DNA of 64,000 nucleotides from an uncultured Verrucomicrobiae bacterium. Lineage in GTDB: Bacteria; Verrucomicrobiota; Verrucomicrobiia; Chthoniobacterales; JAFAMB01. The notes beneath the pieces were generated by a model. That model did no database searches. It saw nothing but the letters and a program-made list of their open reading frames with translations, and was not told the origin of the DNA. Shown here in pieces: positions 1 through 9,716 of this stretch (position 1 is the first letter of the stretch; each line of letters begins with the position of its first letter). The position numbers and the translations under genes were made by a program. The stretch spans positions 128,521 to 192,520 of the forward strand of contig CAVVPV010000014.1 in NCBI GenBank assembly GCA_963750185.1. The letters run 5' to 3'.

Positions 1-570
1 GAACTGCAACTGGAGATGAACAAGCTTTTCCAAGACCCAAATGGCGGATATTTCAGCACCGAAGCGGAAGCAACGGATATTCTGTTCAGGATGAAGGAAG
101 ATCACGATGGTGCCGAACCATCGGCGAATTCCGTAGCCGCAATGAATCTGGCGAGGCTCAGCCGGATTTTTGATCGCGACGACTTTCAGCACGCGGCTTC
201 CCGCGTGATCGGAGAGTTTCACGAGGCGCTCGAACGGCTGCCGGCTGCATTACCGCAAATGCTTTGTGCTCTGGATGCGATATTAACTGACCCGGTGCAA
301 ATCGTAGTCGCCGGAGGAATCGACGAACCGGAAACGGCCGCACTGTTGCGGGTGATTCGGAGACTTTACTTGCCGAACAAAGTCGTACTCCTGGCCGACG
401 CGAGTCAGAATCAGAACTGGCTCGCAGAGCATGTGGCAGGCGTTCGATTCATGGGACCTGTTCATGGGCGATCTGCCGCGTATGTCTGCCGGAATTTTGC
501 GTGCGAATTGCCTGTCACGGACCCAAATTTGTTGATGGAGTTGCTGGAGAAGCTGCAGGGGCGCGGCTAA
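1..570 (+). CDS. Thioredoxin-domain protein of the YyaL/DUF255 (SSP411-like) family, C-terminal part; 5' end outside window
   Basis: The frame of ORF 16..570 stays open back to base 1 (ELQLEMNKLF...). Segments DHDGAEPSANSVAAMNLARL and AAYVCRNFACELPVTD resemble the C-terminal half of YyaL-type proteins. Confidence 0.6.
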   Translation, partial: ELQLEMNKLFQDPNGGYFSTEAEATDILFRMKEDHDGAEPSANSVAAMNLARLSRIFDRDDFQHAASRVIGEFHEALERLPAALPQMLCALDAILTDPVQIVVAGGIDEPETAALLRVIRRLYLPNKVVLLADASQNQNWLAEHVAGVRFMGPVHGRSAAYVCRNFACELPVTDPNLLMELLEKLQGRG

Positions 571-667
571 TCGGAGGTGTAAGCATTTGAGAAAACGTCC
601 AAGTCTGCAGGGCTGTTTTTCGCGGCAGGCACAGGAGCATAGACTTCCAGTCTGTGCCTGATCCTGT

Positions 668-752
668 CCCGGAGGGACCAAATGAAAGTAGCCTGGCACG
701 AAGTGCCTGGAAACAAGATAAAAGTAGACCCGTCCCGCAGGGACGGTTGATC
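668..752 (-). repeat. ~85-bp REP-like element, copy A (inverted relative to copy B at 972..1058)
   Basis: The reverse complement GATCAACCGTCCCTGCGGGACGGGTCT...GGCACTTCGTGCCAGGCTAC...TCCCTCCGGG aligns along its length with 972..1058. It contains the internal hairpin GGCACgaagtGCC. Confidence 0.8.
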
Positions 753-757
753 TGCCT

Positions 758-883
758 CACTACATAAGGCCAGAGGCGCTCTCGGATCTCTGCGTTCAAG
801 ATCGGAACCCGTTCCTTGGTGCTAAAGACACAGTGGACGTTTAGACATGAAAAGGTATTGCCAATGGTGGTGATCGTACTCAA
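758..883 (-). pseudogene. IS200/IS605-type Y1 transposase (RAYT-like) N-terminal remnant
   Basis: Reverse ORF 515..883 starts ...NTFSCLNVHCVFSTKERVPILNAEIRERLWPYV, the typical N-terminal lead-in of IS200-like / REP-associated tyrosine transposases. Similarity stops where repeat copy A begins, and no remainder of the enzyme is visible. Confidence 0.45.
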
Positions 884-971
884 ACCTCCCGAACAGGAGA
901 AACATTATTATTTGATGTGTTTTTATTTCGCCAAGACCGAGGAAAGAAGAAGACATATTTGCAAGAGACCT

Positions 972-1058
972 GATCAACCGTCCCTACGGGACTGGACGGG
1001 TCTTTCTTCTTTTTCCCGGCACTTCGTGCCAGGCTACCTTCGCTTTGATCCCTCCGGG
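972..1058 (+). repeat. ~87-bp REP-like element, copy B
   Basis: It aligns with the reverse complement of 668..752. Together the two copies bracket the transposase remnant as an inverted pair. Confidence 0.8.
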
Positions 1059-1201
1059 ATAAATGCGTAATGGCGCCTTCCCCCTGCTGCAATAAGTTAG
1101 CGCTTATGCCGCTGCGCTCCACCCCAGGCTTTTCTCCACTCGCGCCTTCGGCGCTTAAGACCGCTGCCATTTTAAGTTAGCGCTTATGTGGTGTGGATGC
1201 A

Positions 1202-2119
1202 TCACGGTGGACTCGTCGACGGTTCTGACACTTCCGGGAAACTCATCAGATTGTTGGTCGGGTTTGCATCGCCGTTCAATACCCGTGAAAGGCTCAGCAG
1301 GAGCAGTTCGGCGCGCATGTCCGTGTAATTGTTCATCGCCGATTTCAAGTAGTTCAGGACCCGTTTCCGAAGCATCGGGTCGGTCTCAAGACCGGGTCGG
1401 AGTTCGGTCAAGAGATCCAGATGCATCTGGATGACTTCCTGGACGACTGCGCCTTTGCCGTCCGCCTTGATCGTGTTAGTGCTGTGCACGCGGTAATCCA
1501 GCAGATCCTGGCGCACCAACCCAAGCGTCGAACGTAAAGCGACGGTTAGCGCGGCGAAATAATCGTGGGCATAACGATAAGGGCGGAACTCGGTAATGGC
1601 ACCTCGACGGAAGAAAAAGTTGCTTGTCGTTTTTGTGAAGTTGCCGAAGCTCAACGATTCAGCAAGATCCACCGGCTTGCTGAGGTACGACCAGATACGA
1701 TTCAATCGGCGCTGTCTTCCATCAAATTGTCCAACCGGTACGCTCGATTCGTTGATCAACCGGATCCTTGTACAGACAAGCTCAGTCTCAGGATACCGGT
1801 CAAAATGAGCGATGCAGCGAGCGAACCGATCCGGATGATACCGATCATCGGAATTGAGGATAGCGATAAAATCGCAATCTTTCGACAGCTGGAGCCCGCG
1901 CGTAAGCGCCACATGCGCACCTTGGTTTTCCTGCGGGACAAGTTGGATCCGTGCGTCTTTAATCGAACGAATAACATCTATGGAATTATCCTTGGACCCA
2001 TCGTCAATGATCACTAATCGCTCCGGCGGCAACGACTGCTCTAAGACCGACTGGATCGCTTCCGCGATATATTTCGCGTGGTTATAGGAGGGGATAACGC
2101 AGACAATTTTTTTGTTCAT
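1202..2119 (-). CDS. Glycosyltransferase family 2
   Basis: N-terminus KIVCVIPSYNHAKYIAEAIQSVLEQS...LVIIDDGSKDNS followed by NSDD, the GT-A/GT2 signature. 305 aa. Confidence 0.85.
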   Translation of the reverse strand: MNKKIVCVIPSYNHAKYIAEAIQSVLEQSLPPERLVIIDDGSKDNSIDVIRSIKDARIQLVPQENQGAHVALTRGLQLSKDCDFIAILNSDDRYHPDRFARCIAHFDRYPETELVCTRIRLINESSVPVGQFDGRQRRLNRIWSYLSKPVDLAESLSFGNFTKTTSNFFFRRGAITEFRPYRYAHDYFAALTVALRSTLGLVRQDLLDYRVHSTNTIKADGKGAVVQEVIQMHLDLLTELRPGLETDPMLRKRVLNYLKSAMNNYTDMRAELLLLSLSRVLNGDANPTNNLMSFPEVSEPSTSPP

Positions 2120-2164
2120 TCGTTGCTACCGGTCCCGTAATCGAAGTCAATTAAACTCGTTCCA

Positions 2165-2581
2165 ATGGAGACACCAACACTAGAAACGGAAGTGCGCGTC
2201 ATGTTCTTCGATACCGATGCCGGAGGCGTTGTGCACAATATCGCTTACCTGCGCTTTATCGAAACGAATCGATCGCTTCTCGCCGAAAAACTCGGCTATC
2301 CACTTCATGAGATGTTGAATCGAGGCGATTGCCCCGTTGTCGTGCGAACTGAAATTGACTATCGGCGCCCAGCGCGGCTCTGGGACACTTTGGTCGTCCG
2401 CGGCGAACTTGAGAAATTCGGGCGGAGCCGGTTCTGGTGCTCGTTCACGATCACCCGGCCGGCCGATGGATTACTCCTTGTCACCTGCCGCCAGATGCTC
2501 GCTGTTGTTCAGCTGCCCGAATTGAAAGTTCAACGGTTACCGGCCCATTGGGAAACCGATTTCGGGCATCTGAAGGCGTAG
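2165..2581 (+). CDS. Acyl-CoA thioesterase, 4HBT/YbgC-type hotdog fold
   Basis: VRVMFFDTDAGGVVHNIAYLRFIE matches the YbgC/4HBT catalytic-Asp context. 138 aa, typical size. Confidence 0.8.
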   Translation: METPTLETEVRVMFFDTDAGGVVHNIAYLRFIETNRSLLAEKLGYPLHEMLNRGDCPVVVRTEIDYRRPARLWDTLVVRGELEKFGRSRFWCSFTITRPADGLLLVTCRQMLAVVQLPELKVQRLPAHWETDFGHLKA

Positions 2582-2681
2582 CGCTCGTTGGCTAAACACC
2601 GTCGGCTCAGGGCCGATGCCCCTCCGGCTCCGGGGCAACCCAAATGGCATTTTTCTCTGAATAATGCGCCTCAGGCGGAAC

Positions 2682-3449
2682 TCACAATTTGAGATGCACC
2701 AATCGGAGTGCGTGATCAGAAAAATCCATCGCGCCTTGGAGCAGTTCCCGGCCAAAGTAAGCGAAAGTTACGTCCCGGCTGGCGACGATGAGCATGATGC
2801 TTAGCACAGTGAAATTAACGAGGTAAATAACCATCATTGAAAAGAACGTCCCATGTTCGACCAGGTCGGTCTGTCCCTCCCACAACATCCAGATGGCAAA
2901 TGTAACATGGAAACTCCAAGTAAAGCCGACCAGGCCAAATAACCAGCGTCGGTACGGTTCCACATCGACAAAGACGCCGATTCCACCGTACAGCAGCAGC
3001 GCCAGAATGCTGTAGATCGGGAAAAAATAAGGCGCGAGCGAGATCCAGAAATTGTTGGTGTCAGTCACGACGTATCCACCCGTCCGACTGACACGGAACT
3101 GGCTCACTCGGCCACCCATTAACCAAGTCCAGACCGCATGCGTCAGTTCGTGCCCGAATACGTACAACCACATCGGACGCGGCAGCCCGAAAAATGCTAT
3201 GACCCAGAGAAGCGAGCCCAACGAAAAAAACCAGAACTCCTCCGATGCCCAGAACCGGTGGTGGAGTGCGGCGTGCGAAAAGCTGCTAAAAAATGCGCGT
3301 GTTAAGATCCAGGCCGGTGGGACGAGAAAGAGCGCGATGATCTGCTTCAACCAGCGAACAGGAACAACCCATTCTGTCTCCGCAGGTTCGTTATTCGCCG
3401 CGGTACCGGTCCTAAGCCGGCGCCGCCGTTTCTTGACTGTCGAATCCAA
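2682..3449 (-). CDS. Polytopic membrane protein with HExxH motif (putative M50-like/zincin membrane metalloprotease)
   Basis: FGHELTHAVW lies within a series of hydrophobic helices. There is a basic N-terminal tail (KKRRRRLR). Confidence 0.5.
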   Translation of the reverse strand: MDSTVKKRRRRLRTGTAANNEPAETEWVVPVRWLKQIIALFLVPPAWILTRAFFSSFSHAALHHRFWASEEFWFFSLGSLLWVIAFFGLPRPMWLYVFGHELTHAVWTWLMGGRVSQFRVSRTGGYVVTDTNNFWISLAPYFFPIYSILALLLYGGIGVFVDVEPYRRWLFGLVGFTWSFHVTFAIWMLWEGQTDLVEHGTFFSMMVIYLVNFTVLSIMLIVASRDVTFAYFGRELLQGAMDFSDHALRLVHLKL

Positions 3450-3531
3450 TGCCTTTGCAGATTACCAGCGGGCCGAAAAGAAAGGCGAGCCCCAACACAT
3501 CAAAACCCAGTATCGTTGGTTCGAAACCGCT

Positions 3532-4089
3532 CTACGCGCGGCCCATGTACGCCCCGGATCGAGTGTCGACTCGGATGATTTCGCCCTCTTTAATGAAGAG
3601 GGGAACCTGAATCGTTTTGCCAGTTTCGAGTTTTGCCGGCTTTTGGACATTGTTCGCGCTATCGCCGCGGATTCCTTCAGCGGATTCAATCACCTTTAAC
3701 TCCACCGAAGAAGGTAGCTCGATTTCAACGGCTCTGCCTTCCGCGTAGAGGACGTCCACTTTCAGGTTCTCCACCAGATAGAACGCAGAATCGCCGATCA
3801 GCTCCGGTGCAAATGTCTCCGTCTCGTAGGTATCAGGATCCATGAAAACAAATCCGTCCTGATCCTTGTAGCTGTACTCCAGTTTACGCCGATTCACATC
3901 GACGAGGTCGACGGTCTCCGTCGAGCTGAACCGTACGTTGCTCGACTTGCCGGTCTTGATGCTGCGGAGCGTGGCCTGAACGAACGCCCGGAGATTGCCC
4001 GGCGTACGGTGCTGCACATCCAGTACGACGGTGACATCGCCATGGTAACGAATGGCCATCCCTTTTCTGAGATCATTTGCTGCTGCCAT
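3532..4089 (-). CDS. efp: Translation elongation factor P
   Basis: Full-length EF-P-like sequence (KGMAIRYHGDVTVVLDVQHRTPGNLRAFVQATLRSIKTGKS...VPLFIKEGEIIRVDTRSGAYMGRA). 185 aa. Confidence 0.95.
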   Translation of the reverse strand: MAAANDLRKGMAIRYHGDVTVVLDVQHRTPGNLRAFVQATLRSIKTGKSSNVRFSSTETVDLVDVNRRKLEYSYKDQDGFVFMDPDTYETETFAPELIGDSAFYLVENLKVDVLYAEGRAVEIELPSSVELKVIESAEGIRGDSANNVQKPAKLETGKTIQVPLFIKEGEIIRVDTRSGAYMGRA

Positions 4090-4107
4090 AAAACAAGTTT
4101 CTACTCA

Positions 4108-5079
4108 TTACAGAAGCTTCAGTTTCGTCAAATCTTGAGAATCCACGATTCCGACCGGTTCGTTCCTCTCGTTCACGACGATCAAATCGTCAATCCGGTG
4201 CTGGTCGAGGATATTCAGGACTTCAACTGCCAGTTTTCCAGAACGGATTGTGATTGGATGCCGGGTCATATGCCGATCAACCGGGTCCGAGAACATCTCT
4301 GGGTTTTTCTCGACCGCGCGCACAAAATCGCCATGAGTAAAGATGCCTGCCAGCATCCCCGATGGATCGGTGATCAGCGCAAGCCCGGCGCGGTGCTCGT
4401 TCATGGAATGCAAAACGGCGAGCACCGGCGTCTCTGGCGCGACAATCGGCATCCGCTCTTTGCCGCGCATAATATCGTCCACCCGCTGAAGCAGAGTTTG
4501 TCCGAGTCGGCCGCCAGGGTGATACTTCAGGAAATCGTTTTCATCGAATCCTCGCACTTCGAGCAACACCATCGCCAGCGCATCGCCCAAAGCGAGTGAT
4601 ACAGTCGTACTCGAAGTCGGCGCGAGATTCATGGGACAGGCTTCCTTTTGAACGGAGCAATCGAGTACAACATCACTCTGTCGCGCCAGAGTTGAGCCGG
4701 TGTCTCCGGTCAGACAGATCATTTTTACATGAAACCGCTTCAAGGCCGGCAGAATGTTAAGAAGTTCCGCGGTCTCGCCGCTGTAGCTGATAGCAAGCAC
4801 GACATCTCCGTCCGCGACAATCCCAAGATCGCCGTGCAACGCGTTGACAGGACTGAGCACAAATGCCGGCGAACCGGTACTGGTAAGTGTTGCTGCTATT
4901 TTTTCGCCAATTTGCCCGGATTTTCCCACGCCAAGCACGATTATTTTCCGGCCGGCTTCCACCGCTTCAAACAGGATATGGACAGCCGTTTCGAATCGTT
5001 GATCCAATCGATCGTTGAGCCGTCGCAATTCCTCGATCTCTATCCCGATGACCCGCTGTGCTTTCTGGAGATAATTCAT
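4108..5079 (-). CDS. kdsD: Arabinose-5-phosphate isomerase (KpsF/GutQ family; SIS + tandem CBS)
   Basis: SIS domain VLGVGKSGQIGEKIAATLTSTGSPAF, with two CBS-like modules in the C-terminal third. 323 aa. Confidence 0.9.
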   Translation of the reverse strand: MNYLQKAQRVIGIEIEELRRLNDRLDQRFETAVHILFEAVEAGRKIIVLGVGKSGQIGEKIAATLTSTGSPAFVLSPVNALHGDLGIVADGDVVLAISYSGETAELLNILPALKRFHVKMICLTGDTGSTLARQSDVVLDCSVQKEACPMNLAPTSSTTVSLALGDALAMVLLEVRGFDENDFLKYHPGGRLGQTLLQRVDDIMRGKERMPIVAPETPVLAVLHSMNEHRAGLALITDPSGMLAGIFTHGDFVRAVEKNPEMFSDPVDRHMTRHPITIRSGKLAVEVLNILDQHRIDDLIVVNERNEPVGIVDSQDLTKLKLL

Positions 5080-5225
5080 TCCAAATTAGGAGAGAAGTTT
5101 ACACTCCGGTGCGCAGAAGTCACCACGGGAGAGGAAGATTCACCAATGGTAGCCCGAAACGCTTTCACCGAGGGAGCCAAGCGCGATATAAAGGTGGTGA
5201 ATGTACTCTCCGTTCCTCTTCCCCG

Positions 5226-6125
5226 CTACTCGAGTAGTCCAGTCAGCACTCGCAGGTTCACGACATCTTCCTTCAGATCTTCTTTTTTCGGAGTCTCGAG
5301 GACTTTCGGGATGGCGCTGAACTCGGGCGAACACATGATTTCCCGGAACGGCGCGAGCCCGATCTTTCCTTTCCCGATGTGATCGTGACGATCGACATGC
5401 GATCCGAGCGGGGTCTTGGAATCGTTTAAGTGCAACGCCGCAAGGCGGTCGCGGCCGACGATCCGATCGAATTCAGCAATGGTTGCCCAGAAACCTTTTG
5501 CCGTCGAAATATCGAATCCAGCTTCGAACAGGTGCGCCGTATCCAGACAACTGACCAGTCGATCCTGAAATTTGGAGCGTTCGATGATTTCCGCGAGATG
5601 CTCGAACTTATGTCCGAGACAAGTGCCCTGGCCGGCGGTGATCTCCAGCGCGACCTTGGATTTGCCTTTAGGCAGCGTACCGAAGACCGTGTCCAAGGCC
5701 GATACAACGCGATCCAAGCCAGTTTCTTCACCGTCACCCATATGCGCTCCGGGATGCAGCACAAGAAAGGGGAGCCCGAGCTGATCCGCTCTGCTCAATT
5801 CCTCACTGAGTGCCTGGATCGATTTCTGTCGGAATTCGTCGTTTTTCGCTGCAGGATTAATCAGGTAGCTCGTGTGACCGAATACGACAGCCGGCCGATC
5901 GGGAAAATCGTGGTAAGCGGCCAAGTCCATGTCAGCAAACGGCTTCGCAAACCATTGCATATTGTTCTTCACAAAGATCTGGATCGCGGTGCACCCGATC
6001 GACCGCCCACGTTCAAGGGCTTTGGACGGGCCGCCTGAAATCGACATATGCGCTCCGAGCAGGAGCGGCGCACTCTTCTTTGTGTGTGCCTTGCGGGGAG
6101 ATGGAGATCCGACCTTTCGCGGCAT
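5226..6125 (-). CDS. nfo: Deoxyribonuclease IV (endonuclease IV, AP endonuclease family 2)
   Basis: LLLGAHMSISGG, VLHPGAH, CLDTAHLFEAG and HLNDSK form the Nfo metal-ligand motif series. Confidence 0.9.
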   Translation of the reverse strand: MPRKVGSPSPRKAHTKKSAPLLLGAHMSISGGPSKALERGRSIGCTAIQIFVKNNMQWFAKPFADMDLAAYHDFPDRPAVVFGHTSYLINPAAKNDEFRQKSIQALSEELSRADQLGLPFLVLHPGAHMGDGEETGLDRVVSALDTVFGTLPKGKSKVALEITAGQGTCLGHKFEHLAEIIERSKFQDRLVSCLDTAHLFEAGFDISTAKGFWATIAEFDRIVGRDRLAALHLNDSKTPLGSHVDRHDHIGKGKIGLAPFREIMCSPEFSAIPKVLETPKKEDLKEDVVNLRVLTGLLE

Positions 6126-6139
6126 GGGAAAATGATTCT

Positions 6140-8218
6140 CTATTTTTGCAGGTCCGGAATCAATTGCCAGGTTGGATCTTGAATCGTTCCAACGCCCCGG
6201 AGACCAATCTTGCCGTTGTCGACCGTTCCACTGAGATCGATCAAACCTCCAGGCAAATAAAACGCTCCTGCGAGAACGGCCTTGTGTAGGCGAGAAGCTA
6301 GTTCGAGCGATCTGATTTGAATTGTAGCCGAATCCGATTTGAACCCCACCTTAATGTCCAGCGGCTGCTCGAACCCAAGCCGGCCAAGGTGGTTAAGCAA
6401 TGGTTCAAAGAATTTTGAGCCGGTTACCGTCGCACCTTCAGTCGTCACAGTCCCATCGAGTGCCGGAAATTTCTGGTCGCCGCCGGTGATCCGGAATTCG
6501 CAGGATCCATTGGCTACCGGAATTTCACCGCCCGCGAATTGAACCGTGAACGGTGCTCGCGCGTCGATCGAGATGCGCACGTTATCCGCCGCACCATTAG
6601 AGACTTTTCCCCTTGCCCGAACTGCCGGTACGACGGTAAATCGCACCCGCTGTAGAAGCCGTGCGGTGCGCGGATCGATCCAGCTCGCAATCGCGCCCGG
6701 AGAAAGATTCGCTTCAAATTTTTCGATCGTGACACAGTCTCGCCCCAGGTCGCAGTCGAACTTCCCAGTCCCGTTCCCTTCGTCACGGGTGACCGTGACC
6801 GGGTCGCACCGAACGATGTTGTCTCGGAGCTCAAACGTTGCAGAAGCCGAATTCAGCAGCGTCCCGCGAAAGGTCGTTTTGCCCAGCCATATTTGGCCGG
6901 AACCAGAGATCTTTGCCAGAGTGCGCGAAGCTCCTGAGAAAGTTGCCTGAATAACCGGTGGGGTCTGAAACTCACATTCGCGCAATGCGTGTTGGAATTT
7001 TGGCGGCCAAAGAGATGTCAGCTCGGTCGGATTCAGCGCTGAATTGATCCGGACTCGAAAATCGCCGGGCCGATTAAGCACGTCCGCTGATAATGTTCCG
7101 GAACGATGTGTCACTTGTGCGTTCAACACCATCCAGGAACTACCCGATTTCGAGAATTCCGCCTGCATGCTCTGGAATTTTATATTCCGGAAAGAGAACT
7201 CGTCGAAATTGAGTTTCCCCACCAGCTGCACTTGGCCGTCGCGCGGGACTACGCCGCTGACCTCCACTTCGAGCGGCGCGTCAAACGAGAGTTCCTTCGC
7301 CCAGGGGAATTGAGCATCGTTCGCTAGCAGTTTCGCCGCGTCAAGTCCGCTCCGGACCTGGAAATTCTTTTCCCCATTCGCCAGGTTCCAGGTGCCGATT
7401 GCGACGAGTTCGCCGCGTCCGTCGCTGACAGCAAGCCTTTCGAGATCGACCTTCTGACTCTCAAGCGAAAACCGGCAATCGAGATCGTGAAGCTGATATT
7501 TTTCACGCAGGAGGGTGCCCGCAAACAAATGGCCGCCTTGCACCCGCAACGAAGCCGGAGCGGACAAATCGACTTGGAACGTGAAGTCCAACTCGGGTTG
7601 CTCACCTGAAAAACGAATCTTTGTAATCTCGGTGGTCAGGAGTCGCAGAAACTGTTGTTGCCCTGTCTCACGCGTCCGCGCGCCGGCTGTGAGTTTTTGC
7701 GGCAATGTGAAACTGCCTGGGTTCACCAATGTTCCGGACGCTTGCAACCGGATCCCGAACATGACACCCGATGCCTGCCGAACTTCAATCCGGCCCGGAA
7801 AAAAATAGATCCGGGATTGAAGCCGCGAGATCCGAATTCGTCCGGCTTTTGGAACGGATGGATCGACAGGGATCGAAATTCTTGCATTATGGAGATCGAC
7901 GGCGTTTAACGCTGGTTCCCCTTGAAACAGGTTCGCGTAGTTAATGTCGAGCGACAGATCACTGATTTGAGCAATGATCAGTTGCCGGCGTCCGCTGTCG
8001 TAGATTTGCAGATCCTTTGCTACCAGGCCTCGGACTGGATCGAGAGTCAGACGACGAACACGAACTTCGAGTCCGAACACTTCAAACTCCTTGGACAGCA
8101 TCGCGCGCCAGTGCCGTCCAAATCCCGTATGATAGTAATAATACGCAGCCCAGGAGAGCAGAAGAACCAGGGTTACCAGTGTCACCCACCGGATCAGTTG
8201 AAATGGACGGATTCGCAT
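6140..8218 (-). CDS. Large N-terminally anchored envelope protein of unknown function (AsmA/TamB-like, tentative)
   Basis: 692-aa ORF. Start moved to ATG 8218 (MRIRPFQLIRWVTLVTLVLLLSW = single TM). The rest is beta-rich and repetitive in character. Family assignment is tentative. Confidence 0.55.
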   Translation of the reverse strand: MRIRPFQLIRWVTLVTLVLLLSWAAYYYYHTGFGRHWRAMLSKEFEVFGLEVRVRRLTLDPVRGLVAKDLQIYDSGRRQLIIAQISDLSLDINYANLFQGEPALNAVDLHNARISIPVDPSVPKAGRIRISRLQSRIYFFPGRIEVRQASGVMFGIRLQASGTLVNPGSFTLPQKLTAGARTRETGQQQFLRLLTTEITKIRFSGEQPELDFTFQVDLSAPASLRVQGGHLFAGTLLREKYQLHDLDCRFSLESQKVDLERLAVSDGRGELVAIGTWNLANGEKNFQVRSGLDAAKLLANDAQFPWAKELSFDAPLEVEVSGVVPRDGQVQLVGKLNFDEFSFRNIKFQSMQAEFSKSGSSWMVLNAQVTHRSGTLSADVLNRPGDFRVRINSALNPTELTSLWPPKFQHALRECEFQTPPVIQATFSGASRTLAKISGSGQIWLGKTTFRGTLLNSASATFELRDNIVRCDPVTVTRDEGNGTGKFDCDLGRDCVTIEKFEANLSPGAIASWIDPRTARLLQRVRFTVVPAVRARGKVSNGAADNVRISIDARAPFTVQFAGGEIPVANGSCEFRITGGDQKFPALDGTVTTEGATVTGSKFFEPLLNHLGRLGFEQPLDIKVGFKSDSATIQIRSLELASRLHKAVLAGAFYLPGGLIDLSGTVDNGKIGLRGVGTIQDPTWQLIPDLQK

Positions 8219-8322
8219 CGAATCGGCTGGAATGATGCGAGGACAAACTCCAATGAGCAATGGGAAATCGCCGATCGTCCCGGATGTGGAGTGGCACAGC
8301 TTATGCTGTGCTTAGAGACCCG

Positions 8323-9009
8323 ATGATTCAACCGAACTGTCGGGCAAGATTTACCGGGGACGACTTCGATTTTGTTGTTCGGACGCTCGCAAGAAGTCCC
8401 GGAAACAGCGTCAACCTCGTCGAGCTGTTGACTGATAACGAGACGAGGGATCAAATTCTCGATCATGACAGTTTGGTCCGCGCCGTTCTGGAAAGGCCGG
8501 GGAACCTCACGATTTCCCCGCAGTTTTACTTCTATATTCTCGCGCGGTTGGTGTTAAGGCGTTCAGGGATTGATGACCGCAATTTATCGGATTATCTCGC
8601 CTCGTTATTGGAGAAATTCTCCCGAGTGCGCCAAATGCGCGCGCCGGTGCAGAACTTGGAAACGCCATATCTTTCGGACCTGTTGCTTGCGCTCAAGTCG
8701 GCCTCGTCGTTCCAGACGTTTCTGATCCGGGCGCATATCGGCAACTACGCCCTTTTCATCAGTGGCATCTTTTACGAAAGCATTGAGACGCGGCGACAGC
8801 GCGGTGCTCCAAGCTTTTCGTTTTACGAGGAGATCGGCCGGACAAGTTTTCACGCGATTGCGACCCATGACGTGGCGCGCAAGTACGAATTAGACGGCCT
8901 GTTTGAGAAATTGGCCGCGCATTTTCACGAGTGCCGATTGGCACTGAACCGCTTGACGGACGAATTCGTGAACATCGGGGACAACAAATATCTGCCGAGC
9001 TTCGAATGA
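8323..9009 (+). CDS. Hypothetical protein A (228 aa)
   Basis: Long ORF with genome-typical composition. Start chosen at ATG 8323 (MIQPNCRARF...). Its stop overlaps the next start (ATGA at 9006-9009). Confidence 0.6.
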   Translation: MIQPNCRARFTGDDFDFVVRTLARSPGNSVNLVELLTDNETRDQILDHDSLVRAVLERPGNLTISPQFYFYILARLVLRRSGIDDRNLSDYLASLLEKFSRVRQMRAPVQNLETPYLSDLLLALKSASSFQTFLIRAHIGNYALFISGIFYESIETRRQRGAPSFSFYEEIGRTSFHAIATHDVARKYELDGLFEKLAAHFHECRLALNRLTDEFVNIGDNKYLPSFE

Positions 9010-9716
9010 ACAGGACACTCTTCAGCGAAGTGCAACGGCTTTTCGAGCGGACCTACGCTTCAGTCGGGATCAACCTCGAGGAGTGCCTGATCGATCGGGC
9101 CCGTTGCTCGCAGCTTTCGAAATTGGCAGGGAAATCGGCTCGGGAGCTGAGTGAACTTGCCAGGACATTCTTGCGCACTTCAGATAACCGATTGTATGTG
9201 GGAATCTATTACTCAAGCTGGCTGATCGACCAGTTGGAGAGGCACGATCCGCGGGGGGGGCTCTCTGACACCAATATCCGCTCGTTGATCATGTTCGTGG
9301 AAGAAATTAACCACGCCCTGCACGCCGCGCTACAGTTCAAGGCCGGCTTGCGCCGGATCGATAGCGAAGATTTTGCACGGAATCTGGAACTGCAAGCGAC
9401 GGTGGATACCTATATGGTGCTGTTGATTTTCGTCGCGTTCTTTCGAAAAACGCAGCGGATTTCGAGGATGGATCGGCGATGGCTTCGGTTTCACCTGTTC
9501 GAGTCTCGGGCCAAGCATGCGTTCGAGGACGAAAACCTCCGGGCACGCTATCTGGAGACCGGCGAACTCGCGGCTTCGTACACCCACTATCTCGATACGT
9601 TGAACGGCGCGCGGCGTCTGGATGAGATCCGTAATTTTCATGCGCTCCCGTATGATGCCAAGAAACGGCATATCGAGGCGCTGATGAACAGGCCCGCGCA
9701 AGCCGAGGAAGGGTGA
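9006..9716 (+). CDS. Hypothetical protein B (236 aa)
   Basis: ATG 9006 overlaps the upstream TGA. Sequence ...YVGIYYSSWLIDQLERHDPRGGLSDTNIRSLIMFVEEINHALH...NLELQATVDTYMVLL. Its stop overlaps GTG 9713 of the STAND remnant. Confidence 0.6.
   Translation: MNRTLFSEVQRLFERTYASVGINLEECLIDRARCSQLSKLAGKSARELSELARTFLRTSDNRLYVGIYYSSWLIDQLERHDPRGGLSDTNIRSLIMFVEEINHALHAALQFKAGLRRIDSEDFARNLELQATVDTYMVLLIFVAFFRKTQRISRMDRRWLRFHLFESRAKHAFEDENLRARYLETGELAASYTHYLDTLNGARRLDEIRNFHALPYDAKKRHIEALMNRPAQAEEG

Noticed and set aside
3518-3528. GGTTCGAAACC, a T-loop-like sequence suggesting a tRNA
   Set aside because: I could not build acceptor, D or anticodon stems from the flanking sequence. It sits in the short efp-downstream spacer and is probably a chance match.
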